Below are positions 57,261 to 64,000 of a stretch of 64,000 bases of DNA, piece by piece. Numbering within the stretch: the stretch's first letter is position 1; each line of letters opens with the position of its first letter. The notes below the pieces were generated by a model. The model made no database searches. It saw nothing but the letters and a program-made list of their open reading frames with translations, and was not told where the DNA came from. Source of the DNA: the human T2T-CHM13v2.0 reference genome, Homo sapiens; the NCBI RefSeq assembly GCF_009914755.1, contig NC_060926.1; one strand, given 5' to 3'. The position numbers were made by a program, and so were the translations under genes.

Positions 57261-57829
57261 AGTTCAAACAAGGCCTAAAATTACAAGCCATTTTTACAGA
57301 TTATATTTAGGGGACCAAGGCTTAAGAATTCTGAAATTTACTATATTTATTTAGTCATTCTCATCTTTAGCATAAACCTAACAGAGTAGTTTTGTGGATC
57401 TGATTAGCAGTCAATTTATTTTTAGGTTTTTTGGCTCACAGTAAAAAAAAAAAATGTAGATTTCCAGTAATACTAGCAGACCAAGCATGACACATTTTAG
57501 GCGTTTGCTTATTATTCATTTGTCATCTGTTCTTTCATTCAGCAAGTATAAATTATCAACTGCTGTGCTCAGAACTCTGGTGGACACAAAGAAATAAGAA
57601 GCTATTTCCCACAATCATCCAAGAAGATTTACAGAAATAACCCTTAGTTTTAGCTACTGGCATAGTTAGCATGTTGGATATTGGAGTAGATCATTTTTTA
57701 ACATTCCTTTTTTATGTATAAAAAATTATTATCAGAAATAATCATGAAATGAGATAATAATAACAGCTAGAAAAGAAATGCAGGCAGTAAATATTTTCTT
57801 TAGTTGAAATTGTGCTGGTATACCAGTTT

Positions 57830-58930
<1,101 letters not shown>

Positions 58931-59369
58931 AAAGAATAAGTCATATGTACATGTATGTATATGTTATATATGTGTGTGTATACTATATATCCATACATAT
59001 TCTATATGAATATAGATAAGTAGATAATTTAAACTCAACAGCATCCACAGCAATTCTTTAGGAGTTAGACAAACACAGAACTTTTGAGGAGTATTTTATT
59101 GCTGATGTTGTTTAGAATTGCTGGCATGTGATGATAATAAAAAGGAGACCAGGGAGATCTTACCCCACTGCCCCACACATAGCTAATCACTGGTGTAAGT
59201 CACTGGAGTTTAGTCAATCAATTTATGCAAAATTATTTTTTAAAAGTATCTGCCAAAAAAAAAAAAAAAAAAAGCAGTGGCTACCTAAATCCCTCCCACC
59301 TTTTATTTTCCCACACTATTACTCCAAGCTATTTGGAAATGACATACCTGGACTACCCATGGATTTTGC

Positions 59370-59570
59370 AGTTTGACAGATGTGGTTTTCAATCTTGGCT
59401 CTGCTACTTTCTAGCTGTATTACCTTAAAAAAGTTAGCTAACACCTCAGAGCTTCACTTTTAATTTCTCAAATGTGAACAATACTTACTAGAATGACATA
59501 CATTTCATAAATAACAAATGAAAAGCACCTTCACATATCAAGTGCTTATTAAATGGTAACTATCATGATT
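59370..59570 (+). mobile_element. MIR
   Basis: TCAATCTTGGCTCTGCTACTTTCTAGCTGTATTACCTT...AAGTGCTTATTAAATGGTAACTAT. Confidence 0.75.
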
Positions 59571-60461
59571 ATCCCTTAGCCATGGCCCTGACCTATCACC
59601 TGCTACAGACCCTTAACTATTTCAGGGTCTTTGGGCAGTAATTACCTGTGATAAAGGGTGGACTAAATGAAGACGTTAATTTTTTCCCTAAAAGATCGTG
59701 TTAAATTAGCGTGCAGTGTCTTCTGCACCACCAACTTAGCTTCTCATAAACTGTTTAAATAAATGATCTACACCTACTGCTCTCTCTATCACTACCCAGT
59801 GTTCATAAACTGCTCATTTTCTTCCATTCTTTTAAAGGTGGGGCTTAAATGTTACCAACAAAAAACATCAACACCATGGCCTTTGCTCACTCTCACAGAA
59901 ACTTTTCACAAAATTCGGGAACTGCAAAATCCACTAGAAGGAAACTGGGGGATCAGCTAGAAGCCAATCCACTCACCTTGCAGAGAGAAAACTGATTATC
60001 GGTATGGTGAAGTGATTTGTTCTACCAGCTAGTGGCTGAGCAGGGACTCAGTCAGGCTGCCCAGAGCCACAGGTCTTCTGCCTCCACAGTAGCTCCTTGG
60101 GCTCCAGCTTCATTATTGGTCACTTCCTGCTCCGAAACTCTCCATTCTTTCTTCATTCTTCTGTAATTCCTCTCTCCCCTAATAATGCTGGGCATTTCCC
60201 TTGATTCATTTTTCAATCCTCCTCCCTTCTCCTTTTACATGCTTTTCCTTAAAATCGAATCCTTTTTCCACGTCGATTAGCACCTTTCTCAGTGTCTCCT
60301 AACTCTCACTTCAGTTCCACTCCTAGACTGTGAATAGCCTGCTAGAAATTTCTACCTGAACAGAATAATGACTTCAATGATTAATCTCAAATATTGGATA
60401 CAAACTTAATTAGATAACCAATTAAATAAGGCCCAAGCCTTTAAAGGAAATTTAATGTTAT

Positions 60462-60680
60462 TTGTTATTCAACAAATATTTATCTAGCACCTATTAGGTA
60501 GGAGGTACTGTGCAAAGTATTGGAGATACGATATGTACAAACCCAGTCTCCATTCTGTGAATACACAACATACATTCTAGTGGAGAGGGCAGACACTAAG
60601 CAGATTGTAAAAGTAAATGCATAGCTAAAAACCATGAAAAAGCCTTCAAACAAGTTACAGGTGCTATGAAATAACCACAT
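60462..60680 (-). mobile_element. L2 3' end
   Basis: TTCAACAAATATTTATCTAGCACCTATTAGG...CATTCTAGTGGAGAGGGCAGAC. Confidence 0.75.
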
Positions 60681-61130
60681 TCTTACTTCCTGATGGGCCT
60701 GTGGGTGCCTGTTTGCTTACTCTTCCATTCATAGCAATTGAATGAATGGGAGGGTCACTGGGTATACCATAGGCATAAGGGAAGCCAAAATGTCTTTTTA
60801 TAGATGAACCTCCAGTCTCATTGATCTCATTCAAGTGCAGTGGTCAGGAACATTACAATTATATGTACCATATGGTCTATTAGTAAAAAATATTAATATA
60901 AATTAAATGTGATGTTTCTTCTTTCATGATAAAGACATTTATATCACATAGTTTATATAGCCAAGTCATAATCAATAGTAAGGATAATAATTTTAATATA
61001 AAGAACTCAAAATCAAATGTGTTTTACTGCTTTTTTCCATCTTCAGATAAATGCATACTTTTTGGAAATAAACGTACAAAAAATTTTCAAAAAATTGTAT
61101 AATAAACAGTTCAGTTAATTTACCGTTTTA

Positions 61131-61465
<335 letters not shown>

Positions 61466-62706
61466 GAAAATGTACCTACAGTTTGAAACTATGAATAAAC
61501 ATTTATCAGAGTGTGGCTTATTTTAAAGTAAATATGCATATTTTATGAATTCTTTCCAACTATAACAATAATAAGCAATCTAAATATTTAATGTGAGAGT
61601 CTCTCTAATGTACATATAAGAATTGTAGTACAATTAATAAATGGCTGTGTTAAGAAAAATACAGCTGGGCTCACATGATCAGTGTCATTCTGTGCAAAGA
61701 ATTTCTGTCTCAAACTCAACCTCATCAAGATAATATAATTACTTTCATTAGCAATGTAGAATAATAAAACTTGGAAGATATCTGGGTAAACATAAAGGAC
61801 TGAAAAATTAATGTCTTCCCATCAAGCTTTAATTGTTCTTCACAGTTGTTATTTTTTGACAGATTTCCACTGACAAGACACAGAAAAGAAGTACCATCCA
61901 TTCCCTTTGTGCCTATCCATGCCACACTAAGGCCATTTACACAGTGTCTCCTCAATGTCACTCTAATATCACCATCAGGTTTTCCCTGGAGCTTCATTTG
62001 TAATTGGTTAATTTGGGAAGTTTGTGTCTTCTCCCAAATAGAATCTGCTACAGTTTTTTCCCTAACTTTTTACTAAGGTGTAACATTCATACTGAAAACT
62101 ACACAAATAATAATTTTCATAAATGAAACACATCCATGTAAGTAGAAGCCAGATCAAAGAAACAGAATGTTCGTTGCCAACACCCTAGAAGACCCTTTCA
62201 TGTTCACTTTAAGTGGTTCCAAGGATAACCACTGTCCTACATTAGTGTTGCATACTCTGTTTTTTCTTCAGCTTATATAAATCTTTCACTTTTTACTATA
62301 TTAGTGTTGTCTGTTGCTGAAACCTAAAAAAATGGAATCACACAATATATTTTTTGTCTGCCTCCTTCCATTCAAAATTGTGTTTGCGATATTTGCACAC
62401 ACTGTTGCATGTATTTTTGGTTCCTCTTTTCTCACTGCTGTATAGCATTCCACACAATTTACTTACCTATTCTACTGTTGATGAACATTTGGGTGGTATT
62501 TTTGTTTGAGGTTATTATGAATAGTGCCTCTAAGAACATGCTTGTACAGGTCTTTGATGACAATTGGGGTATGTATTTACTTCTGTTTGGCTTGGAATTT
62601 CTGGATATACCTATGTTCACCTTTAGTAGATACTACAAACAGTTTTTCAAGTTGTACCTCCTTTCAGTCCCATCGGCCATGTATGAGAGTTCCAATTGCT
62701 CTAAAT

Positions 62707-63192
<486 letters not shown>

Positions 63193-63434
63193 CTTTAAAC
63201 TCTCACCAACCTAGGTAAATTTTTGACTTCTATATTTAGCCATTTCAGAAAGCATATAAATGTATTGCACTGTGGTTTCAATTTGCACTTCCCTGACAAC
63301 TAAATATAATCATTTTGAAGGCTGAGATTTGTTTCTTAGACAGCTATCCAAATTTTTAGTTTCCAGAAATGACTACTCCAAGATCCCACCCTAAACAGTA
63401 GACAGTTCTGTTTATTCATTCAATATCTGACTCT

Positions 63435-63860
63435 AGAGCATAGTTGCTGAAATCAAGTGGACCTCGCTTTGACTCCAAATTCTTCTACCCAGCAAAGTTA
63501 TTTAAGCTCACTGAAATTCAGTTTCTTTATCCATAATATGGGGATACTAATGCCCATACTTCAGTATTACTGTTATAATTAGATATAATGTAGGTAAGAT
63601 CCCTGGCATGTAGTGGATGCTCAATGGTTATTACTGCCATGGGCTATAAGAACAAGAGGCACAAATAAATTAGACTAGAAACAGCACGGGCTTGAGAGTT
63701 GATGTGTGTTCTAGTCCTGACTCTACCACTAACTAGCTGTGAGGACTTAGTCAAAATACTTAATGTCTTAGAGTTTTTCATTTATCTATGAAATAAGACA
63801 GTTACACTAGATACAAGGTTTTTCTAACTTGATTATTCTCTAATTCTATGGATATGACAG
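63435..63860 (+). mobile_element. Tandem MIR and MIR3-like fragments
   Basis: CTCACTGAAATTCAGTTTCTTTATCCATAATATGGGGATACTAAT; TTCTAGTCCTGACTCTACCACTAACTAGCTGTGAG. Confidence 0.7.
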
Positions 63861-64000
63861 GGTCTTAGCCATCAAGTTTACACTAAGAAGGGGAAATAGG
63901 ACATGCATTAAACAATGACACAAATTACTGAGAAATATACTCAGAAATTCAGAGCTACAAATAAAGTACTACTGCCATGCAAGTTCAAAGGAATAAAAGC

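Noticed and set aside
59968-59982. Strong minus-strand splice donor (AG/GTGAGT)
   Set aside because: Lies in MIR-like sequence with no convincing acceptor or frame

Overview
Primate (hominid, very likely human) AT-rich non-coding DNA. I find no credible protein-coding exon, RNA gene or CRISPR array; the ORF-track entries I could interpret are repeat-derived or chance. The window holds about 15 Alus (J, S, Y), several L1 fragments, L2/MIR relics, hAT, Tigger and mariner DNA-transposon relics, two complete THE1 (MaLR) proviruses and solo MSTA/MLT1/LTR40 LTRs. A ~13 kb nested composite at 34.7-47.9 kb consists of an old L1M hosting a full-length SVA, an Alu, an HSMAR2 end and an MLT2A/HERVL provirus that itself carries a THE1C. 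The most unusual signals are: (1) fold-back/templated micro-rearrangements and several deletions clustered in that composite; (2) a 15-bp-period variant of the SVA hexamer head; (3) a tailless, TSD-flanked Alu; (4) head-to-head MaLR LTRs 45 bp apart; (5) a readable hAT-Tip100 transposase relic. I do not see evidence for a genuinely new biological system. Subfamily names come from recalled consensus sequences, not a database search, and edges of old repeats are approximate.
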